Assembly: GCA_010356995.1 (NCBI GenBank)
Contig: ML996712.1
Location: forward strand, 50,794-70,793
Source of the DNA: Trichodelitschia bisporula
Taxonomy: Eukaryota
Direction: 5' to 3'
DNA: 20,000 nucleotides
The notes under the pieces were generated by a model. It did not search any database, was not told the origin of the DNA, and saw nothing but the letters and a program-made list of their open reading frames with translations. Below, piece after piece: positions 10,070 to 20,000 of this stretch (position 1 is its first letter; the number at the start of each line of letters is the position of its first letter). Both the position numbers and the translations under genes were made by a program.

Positions 10070-13000
10070 ATGGGCCAGGGCTACTCTCTAACCACGCTAT
10101 CGGCCGGCGCCGCGGGCATCGACGTGCCCGAGCTATCGGACCTCAACTACGAAAAGTCGCTCGGAAATGCGCGGTTCATGAAATGCATCCGCGCGCGCCA
10201 CAAAGACGGGTTGGTGGTGGCCAAGGTGGTGATGAAGCCGTATCCCAGCCTGAAGCTGGATGACTACGTCCGGACCCTGATAGGTATGTTTGCCTGTCTT
10301 GTGGGTAGCAAGTCTAATAAAGCAGATGAGCGGCGGGTATTGAATGAAATACCGAATGCGCTGGGTTATCATCGGATCATTGAGACGGGGACTAGTGGAT
10401 ATCTCGTCCGCCAGTATATCCATAGCTCGCTTTACGATCGCATGAGGTAGCCTATTCTGCATATCATGGTATCCTCCCTTCTAACTCGCATCCCCAGCAC
10501 TCGCCCGTTCCTCGAAGATATCGAGAAGAAATGGCTTGCCTTCCAGCTGCTCTGCGCGGTGCGCGACTGTCACGCCCAGAACCTCTACCACGGCGACATC
10601 AAGACTGAAAACATCCTTGTCACGTCCTGGAACTGGCTGTACTTGGCTGACTTTTCGTCCTCATTCAAGCCGACCTACCTCCCCGAAGACAACCCGGCCG
10701 ACTTTTCCTTCTTCTTCGACACCTCCGGCAGGCGGACATGCTACCTGGCGCCGGAGCGCTTCCTCGGGCCCGGCGAAGATGCCACCGGAAAGCCGCCCAT
10801 CAACTGGGCCATGGACATTTTCAGCGTCGGGTGCGTCATCGCAGAGCTGTTCCTCGAGACGCCCATTTTCTCCCTTAGCCAGCTATTCAAGTACCGCTCA
10901 AAGAAGGAGTACGACCCGGAGCACACGCACCTCAACCGCATCGCCGACAAGGACATCCTCGACATGGTCGCCCACATGATCCAGATCGACCCGCAGGATC
11001 GGTACACGGCCGAGGAGTACCTCAACTTCTGGCGTCACAAGGCGTTTCCCGAGTACTTTTACAGCTCGCTACATCAATACATGTATGTCATCACCGACCC
11101 GACGTCCGGCCGGCGGCCCATCACGGCTGGGAACGAGAATCTCGGCGAGGCCGACGACCGCATCGACCGCGTGTACGACGAGTTCGATAAGATCTCGCAG
11201 TTTTTGGGATACGAGAGCGTGGTCAAAGGCTCGCGCGACCGCTACGGCATCGGTTCGGACACCGTGCTCTTCCCGCTGCAGGTCGACATCCCCAACAACC
11301 GCCACCAAGCATCAGCGTTGAACAACAAAACCGCCGACGACGGCACTCTCATCTTCGTAACGCTCGTCGTGTCCTCAATCCGCAGCACCGCGCGCGCCAC
11401 AGCCCGCGTCCGCGCGTGCGAACTCCTCCTCGCATTCGGCGAGCGCGTCACCGACGAAGCAAAGATGGACCGCATCCTACCGTACCTAGTCTGGCTCCTA
11501 AACGACAAGGCAGACATCGTCAAATGCGCCGCCATACGTACGATAACGCAGCTGCTAGCGCTCGTCCAAGCCGTGTCCCCGATCAACGCGTACATCTTCC
11601 CCGAGTACCTGCTCCCGCGGCTCCAGCCCTTTGTCCTCGGCGTCAACTCCAAACCCAGCCCATGGGTGCGCGCCACGTACGCATCGTGTCTGGCTACCCT
11701 CGCGACCACGGCGTCGCGCTTCCTAGGCATGATGCAGGCACTGCGCGCGGACGGGACGATCCCGACGAGTGATCCCGAGGCGGAGGATGGCACGGTCAGC
11801 CAGTCCGTGTATCAGAACCTATTCGACCTCGCGCGCGAAGATCTTATGGGGCAGTTTGAAGCGCAGACGAAGGCGCTGCTTACAGACTCCGACTCGGCGG
11901 TTCGGCGCGCGTTTTTGGGGTCTGTGTCGACGTTGTGTGTGTTCTTTGGTACGGCGAAGGCAAGTGATGTTATTTTGAGCCATCTCAATACCTATCTGAA
12001 CGATAGAGATTGGATGCTCAAATGCGCGTTCTTTGAGACGATTGTGGGTGTGGCGACGTTTGTTGGCGCGCCTAGCTATGAGGAATTCATCCTCCCGCTC
12101 ATGATCCAGGCATTAGCGGACCCGGAAGAGGCCGTGGTCGAGCGCGTTCTGCGTTCTTTTGCCTCCATTGCCGAACTTGGCCTCTTTCAACGCTTCAAGA
12201 CGTGGGAGCTTGTTGACGTCGTCGGCCGCTTCATGATGCACCCTAACATCTGGATTCGCGAGGCCGCCGCGCAGTTCATCTCAGCTGCGACTACGTATCT
12301 GATGCCAGCGGACTATCACAGCGTCATAATACCGCTCATCCGCGTCTACTTGAAGGCCTTACCGACGGACCTCAGTCACCTCGCTCTCCTCGATGCGCTG
12401 AAGAAACCCCTCCCGCGATTGGTGCTCGAGATGGCGAGCAACTGGGCGTTGAAGTCGGAGCACAGCCTCTTTTGGAAGACGGTAAACCAGCAGCACACAT
12501 TCTCATTTGGGGCTGGGAGCACGCTGCCGTCCATCTCTGCGCGAGATCTCGGTCCAAAGGCCCTTGGCCGCGTGCGTAAGAATGAGGAGGACGAGAACTG
12601 GATTCAACGGTTGCGCAATGCGGGCATGACTCCTGAAGATGACTTTAAGCTGCTTGCCATGAGGGAGTACATCCGGCGCTCAGCCCATCGCAAGTCACAA
12701 GAGCACGCCGACTCCACACCCTCCAAGTTGAACGGCATCGTAGCACTGAAGGACCTCGGTATTGCGGCACAAACCATCTTCTTCTCGCAAGACCAGGATC
12801 TATTCCGACAGAACACGGCACAGATCACGTCTACCGATGGCCACCGCACCATCGCCGAAGCGCTGCAGGACGCGTCGTCACCGACGCCCGAAGCCAAACT
12901 CAAACCGCCCGCAATCGCCACTGACCTCCCCCTCCCCTCTCCAAGCCTCAGCGTCCCCAATTCCGGCCTCCAAACCCCCGCCGAAGGTCCGCATCCCCCG

Positions 13001-14761
13001 CGCCCTCCCCTCGCCACCTCCCCTGTCAACTCCGTCCTCAGCCTCCGCCTCAGCGACCAAACCGTCAACCGCAAACCCAGCGCCATAACCCTCCTCCCCC
13101 GCACCGCCAGCAACAGCACCAAAGCCGTCGCCGAAACAAGCACAACCCCCGCCACCGCCTTCGCCAAACTCGAATCCCTGCCACCCCAAAAACCCCCCCT
13201 AACCATGGCCAAAGAAGACCACCGTCTCCACCCCTCGCACCCCAAACACGCCTCCGCCCACACCTACGAAGGCCACGACCCCTCCGTCCTTACCCTCCTC
13301 GACTCCCTGTATCTCGACTCCTTCCCAGTGGATTACACCGAATTCGGCCCCATGGTCACGCCCCGCACCACTCGCCGCGCGCCCATCCCCCGCTCCGCGC
13401 CCGGCTCTTCCGCTCCCTGGCGCCCGGATGGCACGCTCGTTGCCATGCTCGGTGAACACACAGCTGCGGTCAACCGCATCGCCGTCGCCCCCGACCACGC
13501 GTTCTTCATCACAGGCAGCGACGACGGCAGCGTTAAGATATGGGATAGTGCGAGGCTCGAGCGTAATATCAGCCACCGTGCGCGGCAGACACACACCCAC
13601 GCCGAGGGGGCGCGCGTCACGGCGCTCACATTTATTGAGGACACGCACTGCTTCGCATCCTGCGCGTCCGACGGGAGCGTGCACGTCGTGAAGGTCGACT
13701 ACGCCGAGCCCAGCGCGCACACCCCCACCCCCCACTCCGCCAGCGCCGCCCGGTACGGCAAACTCAACCTCATCCGCGACTTCACGCTCCCTGACGGACA
13801 ACACGCCGTCTGGGCCGAGCACTACAAGAGTGACGCGAGCAGTTTACTTCTTCTAGCGACGAATAAGTGCCGCCTCCTCGCCCTGGAACTCCGCACCATG
13901 ACCCCCGTCTTCACACTCCAGAATCCGCTCCCGCACGGCCCACTCACGTGCTTTGCGGTTGATAGGCGGCATCACTGGGTGCTCCTCGGCACTTCACACG
14001 GTGTTCTCGATCTCTGGGATTTACGCTTCCGGTTGCGGCTACGTGCTTGGGCGTTCCCCGCGCATGCGCCTGTGCATCGTATCGCTTTGACGCCGGGGCG
14101 TGCGGCGCGGCGGAATAAAGTTACGATTGCGGGGGGGACGGGGGGTCCGGATGTCAGCGTTTGGGATCTGGAAAAGGGCGTTTGTAAGGAGTTATACCGC
14201 GCGCATGTCCCCGGCCACCCAGCTCTAGGGGCCCGTGAACTCAAGGCGCAGCTCGAGTTGGTGGACTTGGATGCCAAGGGCGAGGGGGGCATGTTATCCC
14301 GTTTCGGGCCCGCGGGTCTAGGGTCTGAAAACGCGCCGCTGGGACCGGATCGCGGCGTGCGTGCCCTGGCGCTGGGGACGCATGTGCCTGACGATGGGTC
14401 GGAGGCGAGGGGGCATTTTATTCTTGCGGCGGGACCGGGGGGGAAGGTTCGGTATTGGGATTTGGCGGCGCCGGGGGGGAGTGGAGTCGTAAGTGGGGGG
14501 GGGGGGGAGGGGGCGGCTGGTTTTACGAGCAGTACGGTTGGGGAGGTGGGGGTTGTGGTTGAACGGGCGGGGAGTGATGGGAGGGATGGGAAGGATGGGA
14601 AGGGCGGAGGGAGTGGGAGGAGAGGGGGGGTTGTGGCGTTGCAGCAGAGACATTTGCTTAGGGGGCATTTGGATGTTGTTACTGATGTTGCGTTGTTGGA
14701 GTGTCCGTATGGGATGGTGGTTAGTGCGGATCGGGGGGGGGGGGTGATGGTTTTTGCTTAA
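10070..14761 (+). CDS. VPS15: PI3K regulatory subunit Vps15 (pseudokinase, HEAT repeats, WD40), about 1532 aa; exons 10070-10283, 10326-10446, 10498-14761
   Basis: N-terminal MGQGYS (myristoylation-type Gly2), SLYDRMS|TRPFLEDIEKKWLAFQLL, HGDIKTEN, LPEDNPADFSFFFDTSGRRTCYLAPERF, HEAT region (HLNTYLNDRDW) and WD40 region (EHTAAVN...TGSDDGSVKIWD). Introns at 10284-10325 (42 nt) and 10447-10497 (51 nt). Confidence 0.97.
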
Positions 14762-15708
14762 GGGATAGATATAGGCTCAATGGAATTGTGATGCTTGATG
14801 CTCAGTTGCGTGTGATCGCCGGCTTTACGTGTACCGAGATCGCTACGGACTTCAACTCTTGCTCCGTTTCCCAAGTTCCCTCCTAAAAAGGACTTATTCA
14901 CCTGTCGTACGCGGGACACGTAGAAGAAGGTAAGATGACTATCCCGTGAGCAAAAGACACGCGAAAGGGTATTAAGGGAAAGAAATTGATTCGTTGTACT
15001 GACGCTGGATGATGAGGAGAAGTTGATGTGGGGAAGGTGTGTATTGAGTTAGTGCAGCCATAACTCACGTATAGAGTCATTGGAGCAGGTTCAGTGGAAT
15101 ATTATAGCAAGAGCATACCATGTACAGTTGGAGACCGGGACCGGTGCACACCGACTGCAGAGAAGGAGGCTTCGGTGGAGCCTCACACTTAGTCTCGCAG
15201 TCCCCCGGACCGAGTCAATCTCATGGTCTTTCCACTCAGCTTTTGCCTACGCTGCCTGCTGGGCGTTGTCTACCCACACCAGAAGTGAACAAATAAACTA
15301 GGCAGACCTAAATACCGGTGGGGTCTTCCCTGGGTCCTGCTTCTAATGTATGCTATTATCATGCCAATGGAAACTGATGTAGGCATGGAGGATCCTGAGG
15401 CGCAAAGGCGTCTAGAATCATGTAAGATAACTGTGTGGTAGACTCAGAAGGAGTATCTTAGCATGGCATGACGTGCGCAACAAAGAGCAGGAAGGCGCAA
15501 TGGAGGACCACGCACAGCATATATCTAGCAGCGATAGTCCTCGGACTCCCTTTCTTCCCCTCGTATTTCTTCAATGCTTCATAATTTCCATGCTGTCAAG
15601 CACGTGCTGTGAGCCCTGTCTTACATCAGCCTCGCTAAAAGCCGTGGGGGGCGAGTTCTACACTTTTCGGGGTGGGTCATTGGATCCCTTATTTATGAGG
15701 CCTGAGAC

Positions 15709-16019
15709 TGTTGTAATCCTGGCCCTAACCCACAAGAACCTGGCCGCCCCGCCCGGACGGCTTGCGGGCCGGGCCGCACCGTCCTTTTGTGGGAAGGGTG
15801 CCTGAGGCGGTCAGCCTCGAGATGAGACGCGTGCCAAGCGGGGCACCGAATGGGGAAAGTGGGTGTTGAATTTGTGGTGGCAACCTGGGGTGGCTGGAGT
15901 GGAGCCAGGAGACAGGGGTCGTCTCCCGGCGATGTATATAGTCAGCTCACTTCCCACTGCTAGTTAGTCAAGCAACTCAGTCAAGTTCACACTTCATTTT
16001 AACAGTGGGCGATACAACA
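15709..16019 (+). mobile_element. Probable solo LTR (311 bp), copia-type termini
   Basis: Begins TGTTGTA and ends TACAACA (7-bp terminal inverted repeat, TG...CA), with an internal TATATA at 15935-15940. Flanks GAGAC/CTTCA do not form a target-site duplication. Confidence 0.6.
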
Positions 16020-16265
16020 CTTCAATATTTGCACTGCGTGAAGGTGGGTCACTTGGAACATCACAAGCAATACATAAGGTAGTCGAGGTGATTATCGCAT
16101 GCTAGCTCTGGTGGCAATTATCGTACAAATCGAGAAAACACCTGTACCCAGTGTCAAATCCTGTAAAGCCTCCACACCGAACTCCTCGCTCTATCCGTCT
16201 CTAAATCCACTCCGTACTGTTATCATGCTTCCATGTAGAAGACCTAAGCCCCTAAAACCCGGCGC

Positions 16266-16736
16266 TCACTGCTCCTCCTTCCTGAGCACCTTCACACGAG
16301 GATGCGCGGGAGCCGGCACTGCAACCGGGACCGACGCTCGCGCCTTCTTCGAGGGAGTCTGGTCAAGCAGCTTCCTCAGCGCCTCGCGCTGGGCCTTGAG
16401 CACATCGGCCGGGAACTGCGGCTCGACAGCGGTAGTGACCTTGGAGGGAGTTGTAGCACGCCCGATCGGCTTCGTATTGCCGGAGAGATGGGCCAATGGC
16501 TTCCGGTTGATGCCGTCGGTCTTTGTGTTCTTGCGGACTGTGTTGGACTCCGGAGTTGTGGCGCGGCCCGGAGGGAGCCACAGCGGCTTTCTGCCCGCGC
16601 TCTTAGGCTCCGGGCTCTTCGACGCACGGCTCGGGGATGGCGTCTTGTCCCGGGTGTGGGATCCCGGCTGCTCGGTGCTGAAAGTAAGGCGCGGCTTTGT
16701 GAAACCTCCGGGAGCTAAAGCCTCAACGTCGTGACT
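16266..16736 (-). pseudogene. 5'-truncated fragment of a basic, Ser/Pro/Thr-rich disordered protein gene
   Basis: Stop-free GC-rich frame of about 156 codons with no ATG start. The frame runs directly into the left hAT TIR, and the ORF track's TTG start lies inside the TIR. Confidence 0.45.
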
Positions 16737-17322
16737 CAGACCGGTCAATAATCAATATCAGATTGAGTATTGATTGGATTGATCGCCAAGATATTGCCAA
16801 GACCTCTTTCAATCCGATCCGATCTGCTCATGGATTGTAGAGGATTATCAATATATTATCAATATCTCTACCCAAAAGCTTCGATAAGCGTCGATAAGCG
16901 CCTAAAAGTAGGTCTATCGAGTACTTTATATCGCCTTCTATAAGCTGCTACGAGCTTCTATATGTATATAGCAAACGTGGATTTGTGGCCAATTTGTTGG
17001 TACATTTGATGTACGAATTTATCTCTTACCATAAGGCTTCCCAGCAACCATTCCAAAACTTACCCCCACTTAGCTCCGGTACGCAGCTTCCTCATTTACA
17101 CGTCCAATATACGCGTCAATTATGGTGCCAAGCTATTTCCGGGCCTTTCCGAAGCTCTCCGAGCTCTCTAACACATATATTTCTACATGGTGATTTGACG
17201 CAGTACGCACTTCTCCTCATAGGGGCGAAACTAAATCCGGCCTAGCGCCAGCTAATAGGAGCCCCCACTCGCGGTCTCCATCATCTCTCATCTTCCAGAT
17301 GATCCCTCGTCTCTCACATCAC

Positions 17323-17530
17323 TGTCACGGTATGACACCCGGTTTCTGTTGCTCCATGGGCTCGCACCATCACCGGGTTTGTATGGGGCTTGGCGCGGTG
17401 CCAAGCCGCCACACTCACACTCGTACACCAGGCCTACTTACCCGCAGTCCCTGACACCTTTACTCCGTAGCTTTACAATCTACGTCTTACCCACATCTTG
17501 ATCGTGCATGCGTGATTGTTGACGGTGACA
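17323..17530. mobile_element. Probable solo LTR (208 bp) nested in the hAT element
   Basis: Termini TGTCAC...GTGACA. The right end coincides exactly with the point where the transposase reading frame is cut. No matching TSD (ATCAC/ACCTC). Confidence 0.55.
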
Positions 17531-17531
17531 A

Positions 17532-17750
17532 CCTCACCCAATCAGCAAATCAGCGTTGGCATGGTGGTGCGAAGAGTCTCAAGTGCGCACCTATCCTCAT
17601 CTTGCTCGCATGGCAATCGATGTCATGTCCGTTCCATCGTCAGCGGATGAGAACGAGCGGGTATTTTCTGGAGGTAGACGCACGCTGTCATGGGACCGAG
17701 CATCGCTGTCACCTCAGCACGTGGAGATGAATGAGTGTATCGTCAGCTGA
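17532..17750 (+). pseudogene. hAT transposase C-terminal dimerization domain remnant
   Basis: PHPISKSALAWWCEESQVRTYPHLARMAIDVMSVPSSADENERVFSGGRRTLSWDRASL...EMNECIVS* fits the hAT pattern WW..YP.L..MA.D....P......ERVFS. The TGA falls where a Trp is commonly found (EC..SW), and the rest of the transposase is absent. Confidence 0.9.
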
Positions 17751-18146
17751 CACTCAGAAGGGTTTATTGGGACTTTCTTTGCTGGTGACGATGAGACCAT
17801 GGTTGAGGTTTTGAACGATTAGCATGGTTACGTGATGTAGATTGACAATAATTGATAATATATTGAGATTGATTGCCAAGACTCGATCTCTTGGCAATCA
17901 ATACAATATGGATCGGATATTGGATTGATTGATTATTGACCGGTCTGGCCTGTGGCTGAAACTGGGTAAGGCTGAACACAGCCACCGCTTTCCAACATAT
18001 ACCCTCATTGCTCAGTCTGACACATGTTCACACTTCATATTAACAGGAAATACCTAGGAAATAACATCAAGCCATAGGAAACAGAGGAAAAACTAGAGGA
18101 GAGCGCGAATAGCAATGAAAGCCAACTGTGGCAGCAACAGTGGTGT

Positions 18147-19949
18147 TCAACAAAGTTCTCCGTCCCAGTACCGTTTGGATATACAGCGTGCCTTGATCTT
18201 CCCGACTCCAACCCTTTTGTATGATTTCTCCGAGGTCATGTCTCCCACAAGCAAAATGTAGCAAGTCTTCTCAGAATCTTGGCTCTCACCACTGCTCTCC
18301 CTCCCAACAATGACACATTTTTGGATAGGAATACTAGCATCGGTCATGGTATCGAACCACAAAACCCCAACATGCTCAGACTTCGCATCCAGAATGAAAT
18401 GTTCGCTTCCTTGTTGTTCCATTGTGTAGTCTTTGAGTTGCCTAATTCGGATGGACAATACACATTGCTGCTCATAAGAAAATTCAAAGGCTCCATTCCT
18501 TGGAACTTCGAGAGACAGAGACCATGTTTCGAAGAAAAGAATTTGGGAATATCTCATCCAGGACCACGATGGCAACTTTTGGGTGTCCACAACATTTTTC
18601 CCGTCATTGCTTTGGGGGCCAGGTCGCCAAAGAAGAAGTCGAAATCGGAAGCATTCGAAGATGCCGTATCGGTGTCCAGTGCGGAAGACATCGCTCATTC
18701 GCTTCATCAAGCTCAAAATCGCAATGTTCCGGTCTGATTCATTGGTGAGTTGATACTGCGCATATTTCTCAAAAAGGTGCTGAATGAAGTCAAGAGAGCG
18801 CATGTAGCCCGAAGAATAGAGACGTTCCGGAAATCTTGGGTCAAGAAGAAAGTATTCCTTGATCTCGCGACTACAATAAATCAGTCAAGTTAGAGCGAAC
18901 AAAAACACCAAGGATAACCAAATCGAGCCTTACCCTTTGAGTCTAATAAGGTTTTCGCAGCGTACACCGTCGCCACACTCAAAGTACGTATAGCTTTCAG
19001 TGAAATGAAGAGTTCGGCGAGACAGAACTCTTTCTTGCAGTACCCAGGCTCTTTTATTGAGTGGGGCGGCATCCACATCCTCTTCGAAGTTTTGAGAGAC
19101 TTGGCTATGACAAACATATTGGGGTGTTTGAAAAGGTGTTCCGTCTGCGTCATAACTTGTAGGACGCGGCGCAAGAAAGCCTTGCTTCCAATCCACAGCT
19201 GAGCTGGCGGCAAGGGTACAGAAAGCTGAACCGAAGATCTGTCCCATGAGCGGAGCTTCAATTTCGAAGTCTGGGTTGCCCTCGTTTGGAATCTGTTGTT
19301 TTATGCAGAGAGCGTCAATCCAAAGGTATTTCTTCCCGAGTTGGCGTGTGACTTCAACAGCGTCTTGAAATGTCTTCGGCAAGTCGCTCAGAGGGAATCC
19401 TCCCTTTCGAGTTTCGAAATTTTCGGCGGTGGTGCAAATTTTCCTCTTCTCTTCATCCGTCAGGCGACCCCAGCAGTGAGAAAGCGCAATATAGCCATCT
19501 GCATCTGACAGAACGCTCTTTTTTTCTTCCGTCTCCCACAGCTCCAACTCCGTGGAATCCGAAGGACCGACAAATATGACCCTTGTCGGCCAGAAATGTT
19601 TCTTTGAGTGACATTCGTGATTTTCGTCACATTTTTTGAGCCATTGACGCAGTAATGGAATGTACAAAGAATTCTCGGGCTGTGTATGACAAGACTGGAT
19701 AGCATTGAAGAATTCAGTAGCAAAGCCACCGTCCACCTGGGGTGTCCAGGGCTTTTGGTTGCATATTTAGTCACAATTTGACAAAGGTCAGAAGGGTGAT
19801 ACTTACTTGCTACATCCGCAAACAGGTCACGGTCAGCAATCATCACATCTCGTCCATGTCAAGTACGGCCACTCACTTCCTACACCAGCAAGCAGGCCAC
19901 GGTCAGCAATCATCGCATCCCGTCCATGTCAGGTACGACCACTCACCAA
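18147..19949 (-). CDS. HET-domain (heterokaryon incompatibility, TOL-like) protein, 5'-incomplete; exons (off window), 19949-19947, 19879-19877, 19809-19807, 19736(or 19751)-18934, 18870-18147
   Basis: HET motifs LLRQWLKKCDENHEC, WPTRVI, YIALSHCWG, LPKTFQDAVEVTRQLGKKYLWIDALCI, MGQIFGSAFCTLAAS, PLNKRAWVLQERVLSRRTLHF, plus C-terminal PSWSW and YKRVGVG. A 63-nt intron at 18933-18871 (GTAAGG...CTAAC...TAG) joins the two ORFs in frame. The large exon has no ATG before the HET core and an in-frame TAA just upstream, so upstream exons are required. Confidence 0.9.
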
Positions 19950-20000
19950 CTACACCAGCAAACAGGCCACGGTCAGCAATCATCGCATCTCGTCCATGTC
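19801..20000 (-). repeat. 70-bp tandem array (at least 2.9 units, cut by the window edge); each unit is a 67-nt intron plus a 3-nt exon
   Basis: Period 70 (19801, 19871, 19941). The minus strand reads TGTAG|TTG|GTGAGT...GCTGAC...TGTAG|GAA|GTGAGT...GCTGAC...TGTAG|CAA|GTAAGT. Confidence 0.92.

Larger units (their letters stand above)
16737..17947 (+). mobile_element. Non-autonomous, internally deleted hAT DNA transposon (1211 bp)
   Basis: Perfect 20-bp TIRs: CAGACCGGTCAATAATCAAT (16737-16756) and ATTGATTATTGACCGGTCTG (17928-17947). Both ends have ATTGA/GCCAAGA-rich subterminal repeats, and an hAT dimerization-domain remnant lies inside. No 8-bp TSD (TCGTGACT vs GCCTGTGG). Confidence 0.9.

Noticed and set aside
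14495..14507. Possible frameshift or slippage at the G13 run in VPS15
   Set aside because: The frame continues to a typical Vps15 C-terminal WD strand (GHLDVVTDVALL...SADRGG), so it is intact as assembled.
16099..16734. 211-aa plus-strand ORF
   Set aside because: Reads as the antisense of the minus-strand fragment, with no recognisable domain.
19801..20000. CRISPR-like or coding-minisatellite reading of the 70-bp repeats (including ORF 19460..19846)
   Set aside because: The context is eukaryotic, the spacers are only 3 nt, and there are no cas genes. The period is not a multiple of 3, and the frame continuous with HET has TAG stops. Splice signals explain the unit fully.

Overview
Eukaryotic, intron-containing DNA from a filamentous ascomycete (short GT-AG introns with CTAAC/CTGAC branch points, HET-domain gene). 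The window has three zones. (1) 1-4.7 kb holds a fold-back/tandem repeat at the left edge, a Kex2-processed secreted Pro/Ala-rich protein and about 2.3 kb with no convincing CDS. (2) 4.7-14.8 kb is a compact GC-rich housekeeping block: ZTA1-like quinone oxidoreductase, CLP1 and ALG2 (all minus strand), with VPS15 (plus strand) head-to-head with ALG2. (3) 15-20 kb is a lower-GC accessory zone: solo-LTR-like elements, a 5'-truncated ORF, a deleted hAT transposon with 20-bp TIRs and a nested LTR-like insert, and a HET-domain gene running off the right edge. The most striking signal is at the 5' side of the HET gene. It is a 70-bp tandem array in which each unit is a near-identical 67-nt spliceosomal intron followed by a variable 3-nt, single-codon microexon (TTG, GAA, CAA), all in phase 0 with the HET coding exon. 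All gene models were spliced by hand from the sequence, with no database or RNA evidence.
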